NCBI GenBank assembly: GCA_027486795.1
Contig: JAIXOI010000009.1
Location: 22,147 to 86,146, forward strand
Direction: 5' to 3'
Length of the DNA stretch: 64,000 bases
DNA from: Sphingobacteriales bacterium
Lineage (GTDB): Bacteria; Bacteroidota; Bacteroidia; Chitinophagales; CAIOSU01
Position 1 is the first letter of the stretch, and every line of letters starts with the position of its first letter. Both the position numbers and the translations under genes were made by a program. A model generated the notes under the pieces. The model was not told where the DNA came from, ran no database searches, and saw only the letters and a list, made by a program, of their open reading frames with translations. This document shows, piece after piece, positions 1 to 7,879 of the stretch.

Positions 1-828
1 AGCAATCCCCCAAGTAAGAAAGTTTTGTTCGGCAAGATATACCCCGATACGGCTTTGGTGAACGCGGTTTTTAACGATACTGACCTTATTGATACCAAGC
101 TAGTGCTTATTAGTCATGCGCACTATGACCACTTAATGGATTTGCCCCCTTTGTTGCCCCGCTTACCCACAGAAGCCATTATAGCCGGAAGCAATACCAC
201 CAAACATATTCTAGCAGCAGCCAAGCCAAGGCAAACACTGCTAACGTTGAACGATGTTGCTGGAACCGATAGTACCCAAGGGCAATGGATTTATAGTGTT
301 GATAGTGCCGTTAGAACTATGGCATTTGTAAGTAGCCACCCGCCGCATTTTATGGGCATAACATTGTTTCCTGGCCCTTATACCGAAGATTTGAAAGAGA
401 TACCCGTAAAAGGCAGTGATTATAAACGTGGTTTGCCACTATCTTACCTCATCGATTTTATGGAAGATGGAGTGCCGGTGTACCGTATTTTTTCTCAGTC
501 GTCATCGGCCGATGGTAATAAAGGGCTTTTTCCTAAAGCCATGTTGCAAGAAAAGGCAGTAGATGTCGTTTTGCTGTCTCAGGCAGTTCATGGCAAAGAG
601 ACGGATTACTCTGAGTTGGTAATAAACCATTGCCATGCTCCCATAGTGTTTTGTACCCATTGGGAGAATTTTTTTAGAGGTACTGGACAACCTCTAAAAA
701 CCGTACCCAAGGCCAAAGTAGAAGCCAATTACCAATATTTGGTTAGTACATTTGCCGACTCTATGTGCGTTATACTACCTAAGCCTGGTAGTAAGTACAC
801 TATTCAACCTCAAGCATTGCACCCGTGA
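1..828 (+). CDS. MBL-fold metallo-hydrolase, 5' end runs off the window
   Basis: Frame 1 is open from nt 1, and the TTG at 25 is only the first start-like codon. The translation contains the HxHxDH metal motif (ISHAHYDH). Confidence 0.7.
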   Translation, partial: SNPPSKKVLFGKIYPDTALVNAVFNDTDLIDTKLVLISHAHYDHLMDLPPLLPRLPTEAIIAGSNTTKHILAAAKPRQTLLTLNDVAGTDSTQGQWIYSVDSAVRTMAFVSSHPPHFMGITLFPGPYTEDLKEIPVKGSDYKRGLPLSYLIDFMEDGVPVYRIFSQSSSADGNKGLFPKAMLQEKAVDVVLLSQAVHGKETDYSELVINHCHAPIVFCTHWENFFRGTGQPLKTVPKAKVEANYQYLVSTFADSMCVILPKPGSKYTIQPQALHP

Positions 829-1421
829 TAGTTTTACTATTTGCTGTTTTTTTTATCTGTTATAGTATTATTGCCAAACTAAAGCCAGTAGAGCATGACT
901 TGGTTCAGCAAGGCGATATAGTAACCATAACCCGAAGCGCCAAAAGGCAGTGGGCGCTGGCATATGCTATTTGGGTGCCTGGGGTATTAATGGTTATAGC
1001 TGGGGTATCATTTAAGGTTCCATATTTACCATCAGAGCCATTGCAGGTTATGTTGTTGGGCTTGGTTACGCTATTTATGGGGGCTTTTTTAGCATATATG
1101 CCTATGATATTAAGCCCTGTAATTGTAGTTAATGGCAAGCTAAAAACCGTACAGCTTAACAAAACAACTTTGGCTTTTAACGACCTGCAAGGCTTACGCT
1201 ACTATGACGCTCGCGCTCGCATAACCACTGCTAGAAACGGTTATGTACTTTGTTTAATACTTGCTACAGGTAAGGAGCGTAAGCTTATTGGCACCCGAAA
1301 CGAAGGCGAAGCCAAGCTATTGAACAAGATATTCTATCAATTGCTGAAACTGCCTACCCAAGCCATATTGCCTAATGGCTTAGCTAAAACCAAAACCGTT
1401 GAAGTTGATTACGTGAAGTGA
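825..1421 (+). CDS. hypothetical membrane protein
   Basis: GTG start overlaps the upstream stop (GTGA at 825-828). The translation has several hydrophobic helices. No family recognised. Confidence 0.5.
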   Translation: MIVLLFAVFFICYSIIAKLKPVEHDLVQQGDIVTITRSAKRQWALAYAIWVPGVLMVIAGVSFKVPYLPSEPLQVMLLGLVTLFMGAFLAYMPMILSPVIVVNGKLKTVQLNKTTLAFNDLQGLRYYDARARITTARNGYVLCLILATGKERKLIGTRNEGEAKLLNKIFYQLLKLPTQAILPNGLAKTKTVEVDYVK

Positions 1422-1478
1422 TTTTGGATGCCTTTGTGCTTGTTTTGGCTATCTTAGCATTTCAGTTTATCGTGCTTT

Positions 1479-2138
1479 ATGACCTTTGATGTAAATATGA
1501 TTTATGGTGGGCTATTGGTAATTTTTACGGTAGCGTTTCTTTACCGTTATAGGCGCAACCAAATACGCAACCATCATGCCAGAGAATTGTCTTCGATGAA
1601 GTTGGAGCCATTGGATACTGCTGAAAAAGTGGCAAATGATAAATTGATAGTAGTAAGTAACATTACCCAAGAGCAGTTGCAGCATGTTTTAATTGCTTTC
1701 TGTGAAGCACGGAATGACGAGATTATAACGGTTTGGCCTGAAATGGTAATTGCCAATGACCTTAGGTTGGCGGTAGTTTTTCCTTACGATGTTTCTTATG
1801 AGGTGTTTTGTGAGTTGCTGAATTACATAGTATATCCAATAAACATAGCAGCCGAACCTATAGCTATTGGCTGGGCTACTTACCCAACCGATGAGGCTGC
1901 CCTGCCAAAGGAAATGTTCGATACCCCGATGATGATTTTTGTGCCCGAGGAGGACCAGAACTATAGCCAGTTTTTTATGGTAAACAGCAGTGGCATTGGT
2001 TGCCACCAGCAATTGTTAGACCCAACTGGTTACAAAGTACACCCTAAGCCGGAAGAACCATATATGCAGCCACCATTTGATTCTACTGATGTCGATGGAT
2101 GGGTTAAACAGCGGGTTGCTATTGTAGATAGAAAATAA
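1479..2138 (+). CDS. hypothetical protein with N-terminal membrane anchor
   Basis: ATG-initiated 219-aa ORF with one N-terminal hydrophobic helix followed by RYRRNQIR. No family recognised. Confidence 0.5.
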   Translation: MTFDVNMIYGGLLVIFTVAFLYRYRRNQIRNHHARELSSMKLEPLDTAEKVANDKLIVVSNITQEQLQHVLIAFCEARNDEIITVWPEMVIANDLRLAVVFPYDVSYEVFCELLNYIVYPINIAAEPIAIGWATYPTDEAALPKEMFDTPMMIFVPEEDQNYSQFFMVNSSGIGCHQQLLDPTGYKVHPKPEEPYMQPPFDSTDVDGWVKQRVAIVDRK

Positions 2139-2281
2139 GCTAAATTGATTTAGTTTATTTCTGCTGAGGATATTAAACACTTACAGTGGGCTTGGTTACT
2201 GCGGTTACTAAGCAATAAACACTGCAGAGATTTCCCCATCCACCTTTTTTTTTGTATTTTTTCGATGCTAAATTATAAGAA

Positions 2282-3358
2282 ATGGAAACCCAGCTTGCTA
2301 GTATCGTAAAAATATCATCTTTAAAATCAGGGCAACAACTTCCGCTGTTGATTGAGCCTGCAGAGGGTGCGCCAAATGATGCCAGTACCTTGAAGCATTG
2401 GCTTGAAGAAAACAAAGCATTTATTAACCAAAAAATTATTGAGTATGGAGCCATTTTGTTTCGTGGTTTTGATGTGAATGGGCCAGAGCAGTTTGAAAAC
2501 GTAGCCCAAGGTGTTGACCCCGATTTGAAAAACAATTACCTCGGTACTTCGCCTCGAAATGCCGTGAGTAAGTATGTATTCTCTGCCAGCGAATTGCCAC
2601 CTTACTACCCAATTATGCAGCACTGTGAAATGAGCTTTTTGCCCAATCCGCCGCGCAAATTATTTTTTTATTGCCACATTGAGCCAACGGAAGGAGGAGA
2701 GACCCCAATAGTTGATTTCCGAAAGGTTTATAAAGATTTGGACCCTAAAATTCGTGAAGAGTTTGAGCGCAAAGGCATCAAAAATATCCGAAACTATAAT
2801 GGCCCGGCTGCTAAAGCAAAGTTCGATCTTTGGAAGCTAAAACGTTGGGATGAGATGTTTCTGACCACCGATAAAAAAGTGGTTGAAGAATCGTGCAAAA
2901 AGAACGGACTGGAGTTTTATTGGAAAGATGATGATAAGCTGGTACTTATAAATGACCAGGATGCAATAGCTAAGCACCCCGTTACGGGTGAGAAAGTTTG
3001 GTTTAATCATCTACAAGTATTTCACGAGGCTGCTGCTGCCATTGAGTATGGCTATATAGCCAAGCGCCAAAAAAACCTAAGGGCTGCAAGTTTCAATGTT
3101 TTTACCTCTTTAATGAGCAGCATTAAAAAGTTAACCACTAAAGAAGGCGACCAGGCCATGAATTGCACTTTTCGTGACGGCACGCCAATACCAGTGTCGT
3201 ACGTTAAACATGTGGAGGAGGTGATTTGGAAAAACATGGTGATTTTCTCTTGGCGCAAGGGCGATGTATTGGCTATTGATAATTTCAGCACTTCCCATGG
3301 TCGCTTGCCATATAACTGCCCAAGGGAAATACAAGTATGTTGGGCAGCGGACAACTAG
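2282..3358 (+). CDS. TauD/TfdA-family Fe(II)/2-oxoglutarate dioxygenase
   Basis: Length and overall resemblance to TauD/clavaminate-synthase-like proteins. Candidate HxE...H triad (MQHCE, TSHGR). Confidence 0.65.
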   Translation: METQLASIVKISSLKSGQQLPLLIEPAEGAPNDASTLKHWLEENKAFINQKIIEYGAILFRGFDVNGPEQFENVAQGVDPDLKNNYLGTSPRNAVSKYVFSASELPPYYPIMQHCEMSFLPNPPRKLFFYCHIEPTEGGETPIVDFRKVYKDLDPKIREEFERKGIKNIRNYNGPAAKAKFDLWKLKRWDEMFLTTDKKVVEESCKKNGLEFYWKDDDKLVLINDQDAIAKHPVTGEKVWFNHLQVFHEAAAAIEYGYIAKRQKNLRAASFNVFTSLMSSIKKLTTKEGDQAMNCTFRDGTPIPVSYVKHVEEVIWKNMVIFSWRKGDVLAIDNFSTSHGRLPYNCPREIQVCWAADN

Positions 3359-3360
3359 TT

Positions 3361-3392
3361 AGTTACGGGTTTCGAGTTACGGGTTTCGAGTT
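3361..3392. repeat. period-7/14 tandem repeat (AGTTACG GGTTTCG)x2 plus a partial unit
   Basis: Read directly from the sequence. It starts 3 nt after the TauD-like stop and is an imperfect reverse complement of 3471-3502. Confidence 0.9.
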
Positions 3393-3470
3393 TTAAAAAA
3401 TAGAACCAAGCCAAGTTTTATCGCCAATCGTCTAGAAACTAATATTGTTTTCCCTTATAATTCATAATTT

Positions 3471-3502
3471 AACTCGTAACCCGTAACTCGCAACTCGTAA
3501 CC
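3471..3502. repeat. period-7 tandem repeat (AACTCGT AACCCGT AACTCGC AACTCGT AACC)
   Basis: Read directly from the sequence. It ends 3 nt before the TTG start of the BASS gene. 28 of 32 positions are complementary to 3361-3392. Confidence 0.9.
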
Positions 3503-3505
3503 TTC

Positions 3506-4390
3506 TTGGAAACCATCCAACTTAATTTTAACGAAAATAATCTGATAGCCCTTAACATATGTATAGGGTTTATTGTGTTTGGCGTGGCGCTTGATTTGAA
3601 ATGGGCCGACTTCCTTAGGGTAATGGACACCCCAAAGTCGTCGTTGGTGGGTTTGCTGGCGCAGTTTGTTACCATGCCAGCCCTTACTTATTTGTTGATA
3701 CTGGTTTGGAAACCTGACCCTGCCATGGCACTGGGTATGATACTGGTGGCGGCATGCCCGGGCGGCAATATCTCTAACTTCCTTTGCCAATATGCTCGGG
3801 GCAATGCGGCACTTTCGGTGTCCATTAGTGCTATTTCCACTATAGTAGCCATTTTTGCCACGCCCATCAATTTTGCTTTTTGGAGCAGCCTACTGCCTGG
3901 CACGGAAAACGAGCAAGAAATAGTTATGGATGCTTGGGCTATGTTCCAATCTATATTAGTAATCCTATTATTGCCGCTTCTGCTAGGTATGGCCTTCAAT
4001 TATAAGTTCCCGACCCTAACGGATAGAATACGCAAACCTGTAAGCAACCTTTCTATGCTGGTGTTTGTAGCCTTTGTAGCTATGGCGTTTACTAAAAACG
4101 CCCATGTATTTGTCGCTTATCTCGATGTGGTGATGCTACTGGTATTTGTACACAATGCCCTAGCATTGGCCAGCGGCTACGGCTTGGCATATTTATTCCG
4201 GCTACCAGAACCCGATAGGCGTTCAGTGGCGATAGAGTCGGGCATACAGAACTCTGGCCTCGGGTTGGTGCTGGTTTTCAATTTTTTTGGTGGCTCGGGC
4301 GGCATGGCGCTTATTGCCGCTTGGTGGGGTATTTGGCATATTATCTCGGGCTTTGCCCTGGCTTTTTGGTGGCGCACCAGGCCGAGTTAA
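3506..4390 (+). CDS. bile acid:sodium symporter (BASS/SBF) family transporter
   Basis: Polytopic protein with family-type signature ACPGGNISN. TTG is the first start-like codon after the in-frame stop at 3470. Confidence 0.8.
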   Translation: METIQLNFNENNLIALNICIGFIVFGVALDLKWADFLRVMDTPKSSLVGLLAQFVTMPALTYLLILVWKPDPAMALGMILVAACPGGNISNFLCQYARGNAALSVSISAISTIVAIFATPINFAFWSSLLPGTENEQEIVMDAWAMFQSILVILLLPLLLGMAFNYKFPTLTDRIRKPVSNLSMLVFVAFVAMAFTKNAHVFVAYLDVVMLLVFVHNALALASGYGLAYLFRLPEPDRRSVAIESGIQNSGLGLVLVFNFFGGSGGMALIAAWWGIWHIISGFALAFWWRTRPS

Positions 4391-4450
4391 CTTTAGATGG
4401 TTACTTTCAAATTCCTCATTAATATTATCTTAGCACCATAACCTCCTTTA

Positions 4451-5920
4451 ATGAACCAGTGGCTAAAAATAATATTGGGTCCAGCTTTGGGTATTGCCAC
4501 TTGGGCTATGTTTGAGGCCGTACAGCCTGAGCCAATGGTATCCGCCATGGGATTGGTAACCATTTGGATGGCGATGTGGTGGATTACCGAGGCTGTGCCA
4601 CTGGCGGTTACGTCTTTCTTGCCGGTGTTTCTATTTCCGTTATTAGGTATTATGGGTGCCAAGGCTGTGGCGCCACTGTATATGAACGATGTGCTGATGC
4701 TCTTTATTGGTGGGTTTATATTAGCCTTTGCAATGGAGAAATGGGACCTACACAGGCGTATAGCTCTCAAAACGATTCTTATCATCGGTACCGACTTAAA
4801 GCTGGTTTTGTTGGGTATGATGGCGGCCACCTACTTTATCTCCATGTGGATAAGCAACACAGCCACAACTATGATGATGGTGCCTACCACCCTTGCTGTA
4901 ATAGCCAAAATGAAGGATTTGCTGGGCGACAGGGCCATGCCCGTGGCGAAGTCGTTTTTGTTGGGTATTGCCTATGCGGCCAGTATTGGCGGTATGGCTA
5001 CTATGATAGGCACACCTACCAATATGATATTCGTATCGCAGTTTCAAGCCATTTTCCCTAATCAGCCACAGGTTACGTTTTTACAGTGGTTTATGTATGG
5101 AGTTCCAACGTCGCTCATGATGCTTTTTGCTTGCTATGGCATCTTGCGCTGGCAGCACAAAATACCTAAGTTGGAAAATCCAGCAGAAACGCTGCACATT
5201 TTTAAAAGCGAATATGCCTCGTTAGGCAAAATGACCTACGAAGAAAAAATGGTGAGCTTGATTTTTGGCAGTACAGCACTGTTGTGGTTTACCCGTGCCG
5301 AAGCCAATATTGGCAGTTTTGATTTTCCTGGCTGGGCCAGTTTGTTTGGTGATAACAAAGGCTATTTTCTGGATGGTACGGTGGCTATTGCCATGTCGAG
5401 CATATTGTTTTTAATACCTTCCAAAAAAGACAAAAAATCCACATTGATGGATTGGAAAACGGTGCAAAAAATGCCGCTAAGTGTAATACTATTGTTTGGT
5501 GGCGGGTTTGCCTTGGCTGAAGGGTTCGGAGTATCGGGCTTGGCCGATTGGTTGGCTGGCGAAATCTCCTTCCTCACTGTATTACCTGCTTGGGCAATGA
5601 TATTTTTGATTTGTGTATTGGTAACCTTGTTGAGTGAGTTTGCCAGCAATGTGGCTACGGTTACGCTGGTGCTGCCCATTTTGGCGGCTATCGCCATTGG
5701 GTCGGGCATTAATCCATTATATTTAATGTTGCCTGCTACGTTCGCCGCATCGTTAGGCTTTATGCTTCCGGTGGCTACCGCGCCCAACACCATTGTTTTC
5801 GGTTCGGAAATGATAACTGCCAGAGAAATGGCTCGTGCTGGCTTCTTGTTGGATTTGGCAGGTGCAGTGCTTATTACTGGCACCATGCTATTGTTCGGGC
5901 ATTTTGTTTTTGGTTTATAA
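4451..5920 (+). CDS. DASS/SLC13-family anion:sodium symporter
   Basis: Two SNT/PNT hairpin-tip motifs (SNTATTMMM, ATAPNTIVF) and many hydrophobic segments. Confidence 0.85.
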   Translation: MNQWLKIILGPALGIATWAMFEAVQPEPMVSAMGLVTIWMAMWWITEAVPLAVTSFLPVFLFPLLGIMGAKAVAPLYMNDVLMLFIGGFILAFAMEKWDLHRRIALKTILIIGTDLKLVLLGMMAATYFISMWISNTATTMMMVPTTLAVIAKMKDLLGDRAMPVAKSFLLGIAYAASIGGMATMIGTPTNMIFVSQFQAIFPNQPQVTFLQWFMYGVPTSLMMLFACYGILRWQHKIPKLENPAETLHIFKSEYASLGKMTYEEKMVSLIFGSTALLWFTRAEANIGSFDFPGWASLFGDNKGYFLDGTVAIAMSSILFLIPSKKDKKSTLMDWKTVQKMPLSVILLFGGGFALAEGFGVSGLADWLAGEISFLTVLPAWAMIFLICVLVTLLSEFASNVATVTLVLPILAAIAIGSGINPLYLMLPATFAASLGFMLPVATAPNTIVFGSEMITAREMARAGFLLDLAGAVLITGTMLLFGHFVFGL

Positions 5921-5940
5921 GCAATGCGAAGGTAGGGGTA

Positions 5941-5964
5941 ATTAAAAAGTCCACCGAAGTGGAC
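5941..5964 (-). terminator. intrinsic terminator of small ORF copy 1
   Basis: The minus strand reads GTCCAC-TTCG-GTGGAC followed by TTTTTAATT. Confidence 0.7.
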
Positions 5965-6052
5965 CCTATGTATGTTACTTAGCCTTGGCTACTAATAAAG
6001 TGCTGTTTATGGGTATGAACCTAATAGGTTATACCGGGCAGTTATGCTTACT

Positions 6053-6181
6053 TTACAAGCAAGCAACAACTTCGGTAGTAGATTTCTCTACTTGAACTTG
6101 CGATTGTTCTTGTGGCATGGTAAAGCTGGTGAAAAACGCTAAAACACATACTGCGGCTCCTATTCTCATCATCTTGTTCAT
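6053..6181 (-). CDS. unannotated 42-aa small protein, copy 1 (MNKMMRIGAAVCVLAFFTSFTMPQEQSQVQVEKSTTEVVACL)
   Basis: Manual translation gives ATG...TAA. It is below the 60-aa ORF-track cutoff. The paralog at 6443-6571 differs at 5 synonymous sites and 1 conservative site. Confidence 0.6.
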   Translation of the reverse strand: MNKMMRIGAAVCVLAFFTSFTMPQEQSQVQVEKSTTEVVACL

Positions 6182-6204
6182 ATCTCTGTGCTTTTATTAC
6201 CTTC

Positions 6205-6232
6205 TTTTACGAAGGGTATTTGAAAAGGTTAC
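6205..6232 (-). promoter_or_regulatory. ECF-sigma-like promoter candidate (GTAACC-N15-CGTAAAA) for small ORF copy 1
   Basis: The motif is conserved with identical spacing upstream of both copies. CGTAAAA lies about 24 nt upstream of the ATG. Confidence 0.4.
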
Positions 6233-6329
6233 AGGTAGTTGAAAGATTTTTTTAAAACATTGCAATCAGTTGAAAAACAGCAACATAAATTAGGAGATTT
6301 CTCATTTCTTACCTTTTAAGTTAGGGGCA

Positions 6330-6353
6330 ATTAAAAAGTCCACCGGAGTGGAC
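6330..6353 (-). terminator. intrinsic terminator of small ORF copy 2
   Basis: The minus strand reads GTCCAC-TCCG-GTGGAC followed by TTTTTAATT. The only change from copy 1 is in the loop. Confidence 0.7.
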
Positions 6354-6442
6354 CTATATATGTTACGTAGCTTAAGCTACTAATAAAGTGCTGTTCATGG
6401 GTATAAGCTACCTAGGGCCTATACTGCGCAAGTATGTTTATC

Positions 6443-6571
6443 TTATAAGCAAGCAACAACTTCGCTAGTAGATTTTTCTACTTGAACTTGCGATTGTTCT
6501 TGTGGCATGGTAAAGCTGGTGAAAAATGCTAAAACACACACTGCGGCTCCAATTCTCATCATCTTGTTCAT
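6443..6571 (-). CDS. unannotated 42-aa small protein, copy 2 (MNKMMRIGAAVCVLAFFTSFTMPQEQSQVQVEKSTSEVVACL)
   Basis: Manual translation. Same length and frame as copy 1, with a single Thr36Ser change. Confidence 0.6.
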   Translation of the reverse strand: MNKMMRIGAAVCVLAFFTSFTMPQEQSQVQVEKSTSEVVACL

Positions 6572-6594
6572 ATCTCCGTGTTTTTGTTACCTTT

Positions 6595-6622
6595 TTTTAC
6601 GTGGGGCAGTTGAAAAGGTTAC
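6595..6622 (-). promoter_or_regulatory. ECF-sigma-like promoter candidate (GTAACC-N15-CGTAAAA) for small ORF copy 2
   Basis: Same motif and spacing as at 6205-6232. Confidence 0.4.
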
Positions 6623-6728
6623 GGGTGGATTGAAAGATTTTTCAAACAAAATGTCAAATGATTGATTTTCAGTTGTTTAATTTTGAAGTAAACTGAAAAA
6701 CTTCTTGAAACCACCAAAATTTTGAAGC

Positions 6729-7226
6729 TTATGCTAGCTCAAAAAACCGGCTGTGCCAGCTATCCTTGAAGGGCACTTCCCACTTAGTATGCAGGTCGCT
6801 GAGGGTTTCTATTAGGTTGTTATATACTAGTGTGTCGGGGGTAATGGTGCCTTGGGCCAACAAAGCTTCAAACCCTTCCCTATTTGCCGAGTTCACTTCA
6901 TTGCCAATTTTATAAGCTACATTAAACCGGTCAAAGAAGTCCACACCGTACTTTGCACCAAGCTCTTTTATAAAATGCACTGAGCTATCAATGGAGCAGC
7001 CACTCACGCCCACCTCGCGCTCATCAGCAGCGAGGATAACGAAGCGGTTGTGTACCAACTCTCCACCAGCAGCCACTTTCAGCTTGTGCGCGGTCCAGCC
7101 GCTTACAAATGCCGCAATATCGCGCTGCACGCTTGCTGCTTGCTCGGGTGTAAATGCTTTATTACTTTGGTACACCCATACTCGGCTTGCTGCGGGCAGT
7201 TGGGTAAAAAGGTTAGGGTTGGGCAT
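6729..7226 (-). CDS. conserved hypothetical protein
   Basis: 165-aa ORF resembling a Bacteroidota family I recall being auto-labelled ABC transporter ATPase. No Walker A (GxxxxGK[ST]) is present, so I do not adopt that label. Confidence 0.55.
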   Translation of the reverse strand: MPNPNLFTQLPAASRVWVYQSNKAFTPEQAASVQRDIAAFVSGWTAHKLKVAAGGELVHNRFVILAADEREVGVSGCSIDSSVHFIKELGAKYGVDFFDRFNVAYKIGNEVNSANREGFEALLAQGTITPDTLVYNNLIETLSDLHTKWEVPFKDSWHSRFFELA

Positions 7227-7879
7227 GGCGGTTTATCTTACTACAGGCAAAATAACACAATTGGACCGGTATTGATTCCATAGCCCCGCTCTTTTACTTT
7301 GCTTGGGGTTTTGTCGTGTACTTTTAGTTAATGGTGGAGCGGGTTTGGGTGTTTTAGGCTCGTTGATTTAGCTCCTTTTAACTTAGCCCTAGCTACCTGG
7401 TCAATCTATATGGACTTGCTGCAGGCAATTGGGCCTTGAAAATATTTATAAAAATGCAACCAGTTGTAAAACAATGGGTTATACACGACAAAACCCCTTT
7501 TCCTCAATCTAGTGTTTGGAAAATGTAAAATCGGATTTTAAATTAGATTACAGATGAGAAATGATAAATGTAGTTGACGCTTGAGAAACGTCGGAGAACA
7601 TTTATTACCCCCTGTGGCTCTTATGGACTGATAACAGCCATCGACCAAATGATAGAGTAGGCTACTAGGCAAGTTGGGAATGCCTTAGTAACCCACCAAT
7701 CAACCCAATACCCATTACCATTTACCTATTCCCGTTCATTATAACGGGGCCTGTGTTCTGTTGGCATTATGTTAGTGCCAAATTATCCTTTTAGTGCTGT
7801 TTTTTATTGTGTAAGGTGTTATGTGTTGGTTGCTGAATGGGGATAGTATTGCTACAAGAACAGTCTAGCAGCGGCGGTT

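Larger units (their letters stand above)
5931..6640. repeat. tandem duplication: two conserved blocks of ~320 bp (5931-6250 and 6311-6640), each holding a small ORF with promoter-like and terminator elements
   Basis: By-eye alignment of the two copies. Near-identity covers the ORF, about 60 nt upstream and the terminator-proximal 3' flank. The segment between the stop and the hairpins has diverged. Confidence 0.9.

Noticed and set aside
4564-5061. 165-aa same-strand ORF in an alternative frame of the DASS transporter gene.
   Set aside because: The DASS frame is continuous and carries the family motifs. The alternative-frame product is Gly/Tyr/Cys-rich and nonsensical.
6729-7226. Labelling this gene ABC transporter ATPase, a label I recall being attached to similar proteins.
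   Set aside because: The 165-aa translation has no Walker A/B or ABC signature motif and is far too short for an ABC ATPase. It is kept as a conserved hypothetical protein.
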